Positions 11,861-25,896 of a stretch of 64,000 nucleotides of DNA are shown here, piece after piece. How positions within the stretch are numbered: position 1 is the first letter of the stretch; each line of letters begins with the position of its first letter. Source of the stretch: Octopus vulgaris. Taxonomy: Eukaryota. The notes beneath the pieces were generated by a model. That model was given only the letters and a program-made list of their open reading frames with translations, had not been told where the DNA came from and did not search any database. Both the position numbers and the translations under genes were made by a program. The stretch is from assembly GCA_951406725.2 (NCBI GenBank), contig OX597829.1, positions 23,250,001 to 23,314,000 on the forward strand, in the 5' to 3' direction.

Positions 11861-13644
11861 ATTTGGCTCAAAAGCAAATAGCAAGGCCATGTAGGGGGAC
11901 ATGGAGTTAAGTACAGGGTGGTGTTCATGTAAAGAGTTCCGGCCACTTGAGGTCCAGGGAGGCTTTGAACAAAGCGGTCGTCGGCATCTTCACCATCTCG
12001 TCTGGCAGCTTGTTCCACGGATCCGCAACCCGGACGGAGAAAGCTCCTCTCCTTCGATTGAGATGAAATCGTCGCAGGTAGAGCTTTTCGGAATGACCCC
12101 GCAGCCGACGCTCCGGAGCAGGAGTGAAGAACAGCTCTTTCGAGAGGTTACACTTCCCGCTTATGATGTTGTGGGCGAGAATGAGATCACCACGGCGGCG
12201 GCGTTTTTCAAGAGAATAAAGGTCGAGCGTCCTCAGCCTTTCTTCGTAGGACAAATTTTTGAGACCATGAACCATGCGGGTAGCCAGCCTCTGGACTCTT
12301 TCGAGATGCTGTATGTCTTTGAGGAGATAAGGAGAAGAGGCTTGAATCCCATACTCCAATATGGGTCTCACCAGCGTGACATAGAGTGGTAGGAATATGG
12401 CTGCTGTGAGCATTCCGAATGACCGTCGAATCAAAAACAGAATTCCGCGCGCTTTGTTGGCAGCATGGACGCACTGGGCCGAAGGCGAAAAGGAGGAATC
12501 CACCAAGATACCCAGGTCCTTTACCTGATCGGTCCTCTCCAGCAGCAGACGACCCGGCTCGAAATCAAGTTGAGTTGCAGGAGTAGAGCCGACAGGCAGA
12601 TGACAGCACTTTGACACGTTCAGACACAGGTCCCAATCGTTAGACCACTTCCAAATTTGGTGGAGGCATCGACGAAGATCCTCTATACTACCGCGAGGAG
12701 CGACCAGTTTGATATCGTCGGCAAATAGAAGGGTGTGTTGCGTGAGGTCGTCGAGCAAGTCATTTATGAAGACTAAGAACAACAAGGGCCCAAGCACTGA
12801 ACCTTGAGGCACGCCACTGCTCGCACTGGAGACGTCGGACCGCGAACCATTAACTTGAACTTGGAAGGAGCGATCTGAGAGGAAGGCACCAACCCATCGT
12901 ACAATATCCGGATGGAAACTATATGCTTGAAGCTTGACAAGTAGTAGGCGGTGGTTTACCGAGTCAAAAGCTTTGGCAAAGTCCAATAAAACGATGTCAA
13001 CAGCATCACTATCATCGAGGATGCGCGTCACCAATTCTTCCATTACTAGTAAGTTGGTCAAGCATGATCTCTTCGGCACGAAGCCGTGTTGGGAATCAGT
13101 GATCGAGGCTGTGTTTAGGAGGTGGAGCATCATACTTTTCTTAAGGATGGTTTCGAACATCTTGCTGATTATTGATGTAAGGGAAACCGGTCGGTAGTTA
13201 AGCGGGTCTTCGCGGCTCCCTTTCTTGAAAATTGGGCAGATTATCGCTGTTCTCCAGTCTGCAGGTATAACACCCGTCGCCAATGACATATTGAATAGTC
13301 GTGTTAAGGGCTCGCAGATGACCGGAGCCAACGCTTTGATAACCCGTGGATGTATGCCGTCAGGGCCGTGATCCTTGTTGACATCGAGGCCTTGAATAAC
13401 ACGTTTGACTTCGTCCCGCGTGATGACCAATCGAAGCATTGGAGGTACCGATCTATCAAATGGAGGGGGTTCACGACCATCATCTTGTTTGAAAATAGTT
13501 GAAAAAGCCTCGGCAAATAATTGACTCTGTTGATAAGGGTCCTCAATCGATACGCCTGTTGAGTCTACCAACGTTGCAATCTGGTTGTTCAAGCGGGAAT
13601 TCCGCTGGACATGGGCAAAGAAGGTTTTTGGATTGCTACTGGCA
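11825..13644 (-). mobile_element. CR1/L2-type LINE: reverse transcriptase part and (TAAC)n 3' tail
   Basis: 555-aa ORF with NYRPVSLTS, QHGF, DFAKAFD, GVPQGSVLGP, FADD and LYSLEKRR.RGDLI; (TAAC)n tail at 11825-11860. Confidence 0.95.
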
Positions 13645-13700
13645 CCAAATATAGTGCGTGTGTTTTTATTGGCTAAACTGGCAATATGACCATTCCGAAA

Positions 13701-14674
13701 TGGCTGACTCCAGCAGTAAAGGACTCAGAAATCCACCTGCAGGGCTACGTCCTTCTCAGATGTGACAGAGGAAAAAGGCGAGGTGGAGGTGTTGCTGTGT
13801 TTGTTAAGTCTGAGCACAAACCGTCCTGCGGTATTCTACCCACAAATGCTCAACCTACAACAAAATTCGATGCCGTCTATTGCAAGCTGAGCCTATCTGA
13901 GTTTTGCCTGCCCGTGTTGGCTGTCTACAGGCCGCCTCTTGCCGACCCCCAGGACGATGCTCATCTACTCGAAGCGATAAGATTCGTTTCAGCTTCGCAT
14001 GACTGCTTGGTACTAGGCGACTTCAACGCTCCCATGATCGATTGGCCCGCATCAATTTGTACAACATCTTCCCGGTTCGGCCAGGCCCTTCTTGACGTGG
14101 CTGAAGATTGTTTTCTATCGCAACATGTTGAATATCCGACAAGGCATCGGTCTGGGCAGCAGCCATCTATGCTAGATCTGGTATTCTCCCGCTATCCAAG
14201 ATCAGTGTCAGACGTATCTGTGTGCGCCCCTCTTGCCAAGAGTGATCATGCGGTCCTGAAGTTCGTCATGCACACAACTTTTTCTACGCCCACGATTACT
14301 TCGCTGCCACGTAGAATCTTCTCTGCAATTAATCTTGAAATTCTAACCGAGGCTTCCGCGCTTCTGGACTGGCGATCCCTGATGACGTTGTCCTCAGTTG
14401 ACGATCTATGGTCATCCCTCAAAGCATATGTAATCTGTTTGACTGACCAGGCAGTTCCCGTTGGGCTTCCCAAGAGGAAGAAACACAAGCCCTGGGTGAC
14501 GAAGAAGGTTAAACGAGAACGTCGACTCAGAGATATTGCTTGGGCTGAATTCAAAAATCTGGATTCAACTGCAGCTTTTGAGGTGTACAAAACTCAACGA
14601 GACCGAGCCGTGAAAATTGAAAAGAAAGAACGCTTCAGTTATGAATACAAAATCGCGGCAAATGCCAGTAGCAA
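13701..14674 (+). mobile_element. Inverted APE endonuclease/linker part of the same LINE ORF2
   Basis: WL...RCDRGKRRGGGVAVFV, VYRPP, GDFNAP.IDW, LDLVF and SDH motifs; shares TGCCAGTAGCAA with the start of the RT part. Confidence 0.93.
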
Positions 14675-14699
14675 ACAAATAAGAAAGAAGAAAACAAAG

Positions 14700-14743
14700 G
14701 ACCACTGATGCGGTCACAGGAGTGTGACGAAAGAACTCTGATT
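14700..14743 (+). ncRNA. Near-canonical hammerhead-like motif (A9>C)
   Basis: GACCA / CUGAUGC-G / GUCAC-AGGAGU-GUGAC / GAAAG-AA-CUC / UGAUU (one stem I mismatch). Confidence 0.55.
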
Positions 14744-16234
14744 AAGATTAAAGTAAAAAATAAATATTACATATATTCCTTAGTCAACCGCTTATTCTTT
14801 GGGGGTGGGTGCATACAAAGGATCCAACTAAAGCTAGAAATGTATAACGGAATGCATTTAGAGGCGGTCTGTAACTAAATCGTTGACCATTCCCGATCGC
14901 GGGCCATTAATTTTTACCGATCTCCCAATTAAAATGCATACAGTAAATTCGAGTTAGGATTAAGATTAGGATTAGCGTTAGAGTTATGGTTATATTTCGG
15001 TTGGGGTAAGAACAAACCAACTTAAAAGATTCATTTAAAGAAAAAGAAACAAAAAGTGCAAAGAAAACAAGATATTCCCGTCAATGAAAGCACAAAATAC
15101 AACGCAAAATCTGAAGAAAATCGAAAAGCATATATTATTTAGTAAATATATGCAAAGGGGACAGCTTCAATGATTGCTTGAAAGTGATATCTCACCCATT
15201 ACATACAAACATGCACAGAGACGTTTACGATATGTGAATTAACACAACAACAATGATATAGAAACAGATATATGAACCTTCTGTCGACGTTTTAGTTTTG
15301 GAAAATAACGCAGATATAAGTGACAACTATGAAAAAACATTGAAACAGAAGTAGATGTTATATCTGTAATAGTTAAAATAAACAAACTGTAATGAGCTGT
15401 GATTGGAAATAAAGTAGAAGAGGTGTGTTGATAGTGTTGACCCATGAAATGAAGAATTTATTGAAGTTTCGAGATGATTCGCTCGTCAGGGAAGATACGA
15501 GTTCTTCTTAGACATAAGGTTCTGCTTGAAACATTATTCTCTACTTCATCTCATGCTGCTGCAATATGAACCACTTTTCTTGATATTTCCAAACTAATTC
15601 ATGCTGACACAAACCACCACTAACTTACCAATTCTAGCGACTATCCTTAACAAGTTCTGATAGTTTGCTTACATTCTTCTAAAAATACATACAAAAGTAG
15701 CTTAGCTAAAACTCTACTCACTTCCAAAGTTTCACTGAAATTAACAAGCTAAAGAAGACTCCTATAAAGAAGGGTAAAAGTAATGATTCATACGCATACG
15801 AAGAAAAGTGTTACTACCGTCGACTAACTTGATTATCAAGAAACAGTAGCCAAAGTTCCCTCAATTCAAACCTTACTATCTTTAAAACAAATGGAAGAAT
15901 AAAATATTTTCCCAAACTCTCTTGGACTTATCAGTTTAATGTAGTCCCTGGTCGTCGTAGATAAATTCTTCGTCGGTACTGACACCTCGAGCAAATCTTT
16001 TACCTACAAATTTATTACAAATATTTATCTCTAATTTGCAGAATAAACATCGTCAAACATTGTTTGTAATTTGATTTGTATTCCAGCTTTACGCTCTGAG
16101 TTCAAATTCCGCCGAGGTCGACTATGTCTTTCATTCTTTCAGGGTCGGTACCAATTGAGCAGTGAGGTTGATATAATCGACTATAGTACTCTCCACAAAA
16201 ATTTCAAGCAAAACGCCAGTTGTAGAAAAGTTTG

Positions 16235-16243
16235 CTGCTGCTG

Positions 16244-16333
<90 letters not shown>
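16235..16333. repeat. (CTA)n microsatellite preceded by short (CTG)n
   Basis: Direct reading. Confidence 0.95.
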
Positions 16334-16334
16334 A

Positions 16335-16890
16335 GGCGCCGGGCGAAATGTTTAGCGGTATTTCGTCTACCGCTACGTTCTGAGTTCAAATTCTGCCGAG
16401 GTCGACTTTGCCTTTCATCCTTTTAGGGCTGATTAAATAAGTACCAGTTACGCACTGGGGTCGATGTAATCGACTTAATCCGTGTGTCTGTCCTTGTTTG
16501 TCCTCCCTGTGTTTAGCCCCTTGTGGGTAGTAAAGAAATAGGTATTTCTTCTGCTGTTACGTTCCTAGTTCAAATTCAGCCGAGGTCGACTTTGCCTTTC
16601 ATCCTTTCGGGGTCGATTATATAAGTACCAGTTACGCACTGGGGTCGATATAATCGATTTAATCCGTTTGTCTGTCCTTGTTTGTCCTCTCTGTGTTTAG
16701 CTCCTTGTGGGTAGTAAAGAAATAGGTATTTCGCCCGTCGCTACGTTCTGAGTTCAAATTCCGCCGAGTTCGACTTTGCCTTTCATCCTTTCGGGGTCGA
16801 TAAATTAAGTACCAGTTACGCACTGGTGTTGATGTAATCGACTCATCCCCTCCCCCAAAATTGCTGCCCTTGTGGCAAAATGTGAAATCA
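16335..16890 (+). mobile_element. Head-to-tail trimer of SINE family B (Nin-like core), ~183-bp period
   Basis: gagttcaaattccgccgaggtcgactttgcctttcatcctttcggggtcgataaa..agtaccag three times; other copies at 33851-34075 (+), 42618-42830 (-) and 55155-55490 (+). Confidence 0.8.
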
Positions 16891-16904
16891 TTATTATTAT
16901 CATT

Positions 16905-17760
16905 ATTATTTCTGGAAATTATCCATAGGCCCCGGCCCGAAGGTTCTCCGAAACGGACCGGTTAGTTGATCTTCGTCAACTCCCAGAGTTTCCCCAAGAC
17001 CGGCGTCGCTCTTACCCTCCAGTAGCTCTTTATAGAACGCTAGAGTGGAACTACCACCGACTGCATTGCCCACCTTGCGGAGAGCTGTGAACGCTTGACG
17101 GCACGCGAGGTGCCAGGCGCCCCTCCTCGGTCTACGCCTAACCCAGGATTGCAGCTCAGTCAAAGAGACGAGCTGTAGAAAAGTTTTACAAACGGCGATC
17201 ACACCTGCTCACCGTCAAGGAAGCGCTGGTGATGCTGTAGCCTGAGCGCATATCTGCGCATCAGCAACTATGGCATGCCCAGCTCTCCATCAGCGGCTAT
17301 TGACAGCAAATGGAGCGCCAGACCAGTGGAACACTGCCCTTCCACAGAAAGCAGAAGAGTAAGTACACCAGTTAGGTCAACTAGCAAACGGGGCAAGAGA
17401 CGAAGGTCAAGCAGTCATAGATGACAGATGCGATAGACGCATTCGCCACCTCGGCTCGACCTTTCAGAGACAGCTTCCTCTCGGCACATTTCTGGGTGAG
17501 ATTGGCTACCCTGCTCGTCACCTCGTCCCAGTTTTTCTCCACCTGGAGATCCGGACCGAACCAGATCCCAAGCAATTTATCCATACCGTCAGTCCAGCGC
17601 CCCACGACGCTGTTGGACGGCATGGACTTGCCTCTCCAGGTTGCTGAGTTGCAAGCTCACTGACTTTTCCGTGTTAATTTTTGCTCCTGTTACCGCTTCA
17701 TATTCTTTTAGCGTGTCACCAATCAGATCTATATGCCTGTGGCTTCACACTATGACGTTA
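16905..17760 (-). mobile_element. L1/Tx1-clade LINE fragment
   Basis: KLLGIWFGPDLQVEKNW...RKLSLKGRAEVAN is typical of the Tx1 region after the RT; frameshifts present. Confidence 0.75.
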
Positions 17761-19256
17761 CATCGTCAGCGTAAGCAGACACACTTCTCCCACATCCTAG
17801 ATCACACGGGACACCTCTCAAAGCCTCCATCTTCTGCAGTAGTGGCTCAAGAGTCAATACATACAGAAGGGAAAAAATGGAGCACCTTTGACGGACGGAG
17901 CGCGCGTGACCACCACTTGACAATCAGTATTGATGAGATTAAATCCTGGTAACTTAGTGGTTCAACAAAATAGACCAATAGAATAAGTACCAAACTTTTA
18001 AAAAATTAAGTACTGGTGTTGATTTTATTTGACTAAAAATTCTTCTAGGCAGTGCCCCAGCATGGCCATATTCTAATGGCTGAAACAAGTAAAAGGTAAA
18101 AGAGAACCGTCAACATCCCATCTTTTATTCAAAGTATCTCTAGGACTACATTATTTAATGGATAGTAGTTATTATTCATGGTTGTAGTTGTTCTTTAGTC
18201 CCAAGTCAGTTTTGATCCAGCAAACCTATGCTCAAAGATGTTCCAAATGTGACCATCTATTTTTTTTTCTTTAGTATTTTGCACCCAGCACCATATTACC
18301 TGATTCCTACATAATTTAGCCTTTTGTCCAGTAAATTAAAACTAATAATTAACAGACAAGTTAATTAGAGTAAAAATGGAAATATCAAAAACTTTTTTCT
18401 TTTAAATATTTTATTTTTTTGCCCTTATCAAGCCTAGCCAGGCTCATGGGCCCTGTTTTCCGGATTCTATGGCATATGTGTTCCCAGCTGGACGGTACAC
18501 CAGTCCATCGCAGCGTTACTCATTTTTGCCAGCTGAGTGGACTGGAGCAACGTGAAATGAAGTGTTTTGCTCAAGAACACAACGCGTCGCCCGGTCCAGG
18601 AATCGAAACCACAATCTTACGATCATGGTGCTGACACCCTAACCACTAAGCCACGCATCTCCACTTTTAAACATGTGAAAGATCCTAAATAAACAAACAT
18701 TTGACAAAATTTCAAGCTCAAATCTTTTATTTGCCCTTCAACATTTGCATGCACCAGATAATGTGTACACATATGCACACACACACATATATATGTATTA
18801 TATGGATGTATGTATGTATACATATTATATGTATGTATATATATGAACTCATGATAATGACTTTGGACATGCAATTAGGCATACAGATCATGCGCTGCTT
18901 TCAGACAATCAAATCAAATAATTAATTTGCAAAAATCTCTATCAAATCAACAAAAATTCTGTAATGAACCCATTATATAGAGGGAGAAAGGGGAGGAGAG
19001 GGGGAGAGATATAGATGAGAAAGACCACACTAGAGAAAGCAAGATGTGCTTTTATTCATTAACTGACATGTATTTTACGCAAATTATATATATTAATTTA
19101 GGTCTCAGTTTCAATTCCATATCACAGAAATGAAGATAATTCAAATTTATTTATTTTTTTTATATTAAATTAAAATAAATACTGGTAAAGAAAATTGTTT
19201 TAGGCCAATAAAAATGAAAACACAAAGTTTGACATACACATATATACATACAATAT

Positions 19257-19290
<34 letters not shown>

Positions 19291-20977
19291 GTTGTTTTGG
19301 AGCCCTCACCTCCTGAGGAAGTTCTGATGATGCCATTGTGACACATGATGTATCCTGGATATTTTAAGCCTGACAGAACCCACCCCTCTCTCATTTTGAA
19401 CACAACCAATTTTTTTTCCATGTACAAAGTGAATGGGTGTGTGTGTTAGAGAGAAAAGAATCAATCTCAATACATGGCTGGTATTTTATTTATTGCCCCC
19501 CAACTCCCTGACAAAAAAAAAAAAAGGGGAAGAACAAAAGGCAAAGTTAACCTTGGCAGGATTTGAACTCAAGAGCACAGTGAATTGGAAGAAATACTAC
19601 AAAGCATTTCATCTGATACTCTAATGGCTCTGCCAACTGACTGCCTTATGCACACACACACTGCCTGTTTCATCTCTTGATCCTTAAGGTGCAGGAATTG
19701 AAAAATGAAACTGGTAATCACTGGGAATACACTAAAATTTCTGATAACCAATGTGTGAGTGTGAACAACTGAAGAATACAAATAAAGTTGTTCTAACCGA
19801 AATCCCAAATTCGGTGCAGACGAACTCAAATAAAAAAGAATTATAACACAAAACACACACCTTACTCTATATTTAATGTAATATTTAATGTAATACAGGT
19901 GTATGTTTTATGTGTATGTATGTGTATGTATATAACTAAAGCCACATAGAACAACAAACATAATGCTATACATAAGAAATGTAGTTCTTGTGTATGCAAC
20001 TGGTAGAATATAAGGTCATAGCACAGGCACCATTCCTCTCCAAATTAAATAGTCCCTGCAAGGAAAGATACTCAAATCTGGCAAAATTTCGGGAGCAAGA
20101 AGAATCTACTAAAGTGATCTTTGTTATTGTTTTCCAAAAAAATGAATATCTTTTGTCAATGGGACAAACAACACTGCAATCATTACTACCACCTTATAAT
20201 TATAATAAAAAGTAATAAAACCACAAAAATGTTAGAGCACCGGAATAAACGCTTTTTAAGTATTTAGTTAACATCTTTATAATACTTCATCTTAAATTCC
20301 ACTTAGCTTGACTAAATTTGCCAACACAAAAGATGATATGATGTATATAGGTATGTATGTATGTATGTATGTGTATATATGACAGTTTGAGCTATGTAAG
20401 TCCATGCTGCCAAAAAAATAAAAAATGTCACAACTATATGAGAAGTAAAATTATTTTGAGAGACATGCTAAAGTCCAATATATCTTAGTGACTGGACTGC
20501 CTGTTTCATCTGTTGATTCTTCAGATGGAGGAATAGAGAAATAAAACTGGTAACCACTGGGAATATATTGAAATTGCTGATAACCAATATGTGTGTGTGT
20601 GTGTGTGTGTGTGTGTATACATAAGTGTGTGTATGTTTTGAATTTACAGAAAACAAAAGAGGAATACAGGTGAAGGAACAACAAACAGGTGTGTAAGTTT
20701 GACACTCAGAAAGAATGGAAGTCTTTGATATTTCGAGCCTATGCTCTTTGATAGAAAGGATTGAGGGGAGGGAAAAAGAAAGAAAGAGAATGAAAAAAAA
20801 AAAACAGAAAAAATGCATAGAGATTAACAGTTCAACATGATAAAATGGCTGGAAGAAAGAGGGTGAATGAAAGGGAGATAATAATGGTGACCCGGATGAA
20901 CTAAGGTGTACAAGTGTATATGCGTATGTGTGAATGAGAGCATGTCTGTGGGTATGTGTATTTAGTTAGACAGACAG

Positions 20978-21020
<43 letters not shown>

Positions 21021-21308
21021 CATGGAGGCACATGGCCCAGTGGTTAGGCATGTTGCATTCACAATTGCCAGATCTTGGGTTTGATTCCTAGACCAAGCAG
21101 TGTGTTGTGTTCTTGAGCAAAATACTTCATTTCATGTTGCTCCAGTCCACTCAGCTGCAAGTGGGTCACCCTATGATGAACTGACCTTCTGATCAGAGGG
21201 AATGTTTATGCTTGCTCCATCTAGCTAGCTGGGTGGTATCACTTGGAAGCTAAAATGGTGTAAAGTGTGACCAGCAATGCATAACAACATTTTATAGCCA
21301 GGTGCATA

Positions 21309-21355
<47 letters not shown>

Positions 21356-21902
21356 TTTGACTACTATTTTATCACCAAACAGCTACAACACTGGATTGCT
21401 CGTTTATTTTACTCCTTAACTCTGCTGCTGCCTTCCAGTAGGTACACTGATCTTTCTAAGCCTCCATACTTTCATGTGCGTGTGTATGTGAGTGTATATA
21501 TATATATATATACACACAAGGTATAAATAGACATGTATACATAACATAATATATACACATGCATTATAATATATGCATAATAAATGTATAATATATATCT
21601 AAAATGCACACACACATATAAACAAATGCATAAATTATTATTATATGTATGTATGTATGTATATTATCAGACACGCATACATGGTGTGTGTGTTTTTTAT
21701 ATGCCCATATATTGTGGGATAGCATCCTGGGAAAGGTCCCTGCATAACAGCAGTGTCATGTAAGGTTTTTCCCTCAATACTATCCTGCAGCATACAGGTG
21801 TATAAACAAAACATGTACTAATTTATGTTATGTACAACCGATAATGTTTACATTATTAGCACTGCTTTTAATTTGTTTATATATATATATATATATATAT
21901 AC

Positions 21903-22308
21903 TCTCTTTTACTTGTTTCAGTCATTTGACTGCGGCCATGCTGGAGCACCGCCTTTCAGTCAAGCAAATCGACCCCGGGACTTATTCTTTGTAAGCCCAG
22001 TACTTATTCTATCGGTCTCTTTTGCCGAACCGCTAAGTGACGGGGACGTAAACACACCAGCATCGGTTGTCAAGCAATGCTAGGGGGACAAACAGACACA
22101 CAAACACATACACACACACACACATATATATATATACACATATATACAACAGGCTTCTTTCAGTTTCCGTCTACCAAATCCACTCACAAGGCATTGGTTG
22201 GCCCGGGGCTATAGCAGAAGACACTTGCCCAAGATGTCACGCAGTGGGACTGAACCCGGAACCATGTGGTTGGTTAGCAAGCTACTTACCTACCACACAG
22301 CCACTCCT

Positions 22309-22312
<4 letters not shown>
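21903..22312 (-). mobile_element. SINE family A (full length, CpG-retaining)
   Basis: Reverse complement of the family A sequence. Confidence 0.88.
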
Positions 22313-22342
<30 letters not shown>

Positions 22343-23520
22343 CAATGCTGATCTATATGGATTAATAAGCGATCTATAAAGATGTATTGACCAGAACACA
22401 GATGCAAGCAAACACTCTTAAAGATTAACAAATACATTTTTTTTTAAATCACTCGCCAATGAAATAAATAAACAGAAATTTTTAATCAGTTTAACAGGTA
22501 AATTCAGTGACACCAAAGTTCAAACTTCATAAAGAATGCATCATTGTTGACAAAAACAAAATTCCAAACATCAGCAAAAAGCCACTCTACCACTAACTAC
22601 CATTTCGAAGTATCATGCTTAAAGTCTTAAACAAATATTCTTTAATTATACAATACAAACAAGAAGGTGACATGCTTTTGAATGCAGCATTGCTGTTAGA
22701 ACAGTAGAAATAATGGATAAATTACCCTTGCAAGGTGGAAAAAGTTGTCAACAAACAGCCATAGAACTGGAACCCACATTCCTCAAGACTCCAGCTGAAT
22801 GCTTTACCAACCGAACGCTTCTAATAAAAACAAATATGTTTGCTTATATATATATATATACATGTGGTTGTTCATTAAGCTATTTAGCATCTACATCGGC
22901 AGATGAAATTTTCAGCAGGTAGTTTAGCTTAACATTAAAGTACTCAGCTCGACTTTTGAGGGATGTAGGTTTGAGACCCATGGCTGTTTTTTGACAATTT
23001 TTTCCACCTTGTGAAGGTAATTTACTCATTATTTCTGCTGTTCTAATTGCAATGCAGCATTCGAAAAAATATCACCTCTTGTTTGTATTGTACAATACAC
23101 ATTTCAATAGACGTCATTCTTCAAGTAGTTTTATCATTATATTTGCATACACACACAAACTCACTCACTCATACAAACACATCTTAAAAATTTTTTGACC
23201 TTGACCAAACCAAAAACCTCACCAATAGATATATTGCACCAAAGCATCAATATTTGCAAACATCAATACCATAAACATAAAAACAAACTTGAGCGAATTA
23301 AAAAGAAAAACATACAAGCAGCTGTAATTAGATTAACAAATAAATCTAGTAAATGTACAAACCAAACATGCTACCCCTAAACATCAACAAATGGAAGGAA
23401 TGTCAGCACCACACAAATTGATCAATGAACAGCCAAACATCAAATGCATAAAGAGAAATCAATGAACAGGCATAAACAAGAAACCCCACCCATCATTCCA
23501 ACAAATACAAAGCATAACAC

Positions 23521-23738
23521 CAAAACTGAGTTGTAACAGATGGGGACCTGAAGATTGTGATAATGTGAGACTTGAGTTGCAAAACTGAGTTGTAACAGAT
23601 GGGGACCTGAAGATTGTGATAATGTGAGACTTGAGTTGCAAAACTGAGTTGTAACAGATGGGGACCTGAAGATTGTGATAATGGGAGACTCTAGTTGCAA
23701 AACTGCATTGTAAGTGTTGGGGACTTGAAGATTGTGGA
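23521..23738. repeat. 59-bp minisatellite, about 3.6 copies
   Basis: caaaactgagttgtaacagatggggacctgaagattgtgataatgtgagacttgagttg repeated almost identically. Confidence 0.92.
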
Positions 23739-25711
23739 CTGTTTCAATAAACTATAATATCAAAATGGGAAACTGGAAAATTTTTTGGTATTATTTATTA
23801 TTCACCAAGGTGAATAAATAGAACCCAAAAAATTTTCCAGTCACCTGTTTTGATATCATTACTCAACAGAAAGTATTTTCCGGTATTTTCAATTCTTATG
23901 CATACCTCACACGAATATAATACCTTATCTGCATAACAGATTTGGAATACTGAAATAAGCTGATGTGCTCCAAGAGGACACAGCTTGGATTTTAATCTTA
24001 TTTACTTAATATATCATAAAATCTGTGTGTGTCTTCACATTTGTATCATGACACTGCTTACAACAATGTTATCACTTTGGCAGTAGCTTAGCTGAACGAA
24101 TGTTGGTGACAGAAAGGGCATCTAACTGAATACAGCCTAAACAAAGACACAATGGATCTGTGCCAGCATGGAAAAAGTATACATAGTAATGGTGTGCGAC
24201 TTCACATGTATGCGTGTGTGTGTATACATACACACATATATAATGCACACATTCCACCCATCTCTACTATTGTTGCTCAACACAGGGAGCAGGCTTTATT
24301 GACCACTGTTACTATGCTGAACAACAGGCTACATCTGATATTATATTTTGAAAACTTTCACAATTTAACAGGATAAAGGTCACTCAAGTGCATTGGTGCT
24401 ATTGGCAGATACACGTAACAGGGAATTGAGGAAATGCAGGGATTTTTTATGCTGTGTAGTAAAAGACGTCTTAGTTCTAGTCAGGTGTGCGTATGCATGT
24501 GTGTATATATATATATATATACTAGACTTACAACCCAGCCTTGCCCAGTAAAGTATTCATGGAATTGTTTGTCATGTTTGTAGGGTGGAAATTCATGGTA
24601 CTTATGTATGTATATATATATATATAACCTAACTTCTGGACTAATTTGATTGGAACAATCCAAACAATAGTAATTAATTTACATGAGTAGAAGCTTTTTT
24701 TTAAACAATTTTTTATCCTGAAAATCACCGGTTACTTTTGTTTTAAAGTGAAAGAGAGGACAAAGTGAAAGATGTATGAATGTGTATATGAAATGGGCGT
24801 GTGTATGTGTGTGTGACAGTGTGCCACTTACACATACATGAGAACACACGCAATCACTCACACACTCTCTCTCTCTCACACACACACACACACAGACACA
24901 CATGCATACGTACGTACACAAAAAAGATGTATGCATATATATTGATGTATGTACATATACAAGACAATACACCCCTTAATTCACTCTGTCTCTCTTTTTC
25001 TCTTTCTTTCACAAGTCCATTTCATATACACATACATACATCTTTCACTTCCTCCTCTCTTTCACTTTAAAACAAAAATTTTAAAAATTTGACAGAAATT
25101 AACGAACTCTGGATGATATTTTTAACATTCAGTTAAAAATATTTTTAAATGATTAAAATACTGCGTACGTCAAATAGTCTACATCTTTTTCCTTAGAGAA
25201 CGCAAAGACTATGTTTGTGTATATGTCACAGGTAGCGAACGTGTATTTGTGTTGATTGACATGCCATGACATTCATTATATGCGTGTGCATTCTGTAGGT
25301 GTGTTGACGTCATGGAAGCCACATATTTTTTTCATCAAGAAATAACAACAGTTGTGTTAAATCATTTAAATAGAGGTCCAAATGTCAAAAATTTGTACAG
25401 CACTTCCAAACGTAAGTATGGAAATGAATACATAAAAAAATTAAGATAAAATATACTATTTCTGAGATATTTCAGTTACACACAAACATCCCTAGAGTTT
25501 TAGTATTATCAAGATACACATTAAAAGCCAGAGTACAATATGTACCTATTCGCCTGAATGAAGAATAAAACATGGTTTTGGAGAGTTTTATTCTTCAAGC
25601 AAATTGTACATATTGTACCCTGACTTTTAATATATATTTTGCATATGTGGATTATGTTTGCTGGCCTCTTTATCATTATTTTTAAAAGATAATAACTTAT
25701 TTGAATTTTGA

Positions 25712-25750
<39 letters not shown>

Positions 25751-25851
25751 TTAGGACTCTATGTGTTATTCAGGCACTCATCTTGTAGCAGTAACAGCTG
25801 TAAGTTGATGAAGTTCATAAAATAATTGTTTACTCCTTTCCATCTTATTTT

Positions 25852-25896
<45 letters not shown>

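Noticed and set aside
11901-12392. 163-aa ORF antisense to the LINE RT
   Set aside because: Shadow ORF on the opposite strand of a GC-balanced coding sequence.
14950-15010. Interstitial telomere
   Set aside because: Only highly degenerate TTAGGN-like units, more likely internal to a repeat.
23521-23738. CRISPR-like or tandem-hammerhead reading of the 59-bp repeat (contains CTGAAGA)
   Set aside because: No unique spacers, eukaryotic context, no GAAA core and no stem I pairing; an ordinary minisatellite.
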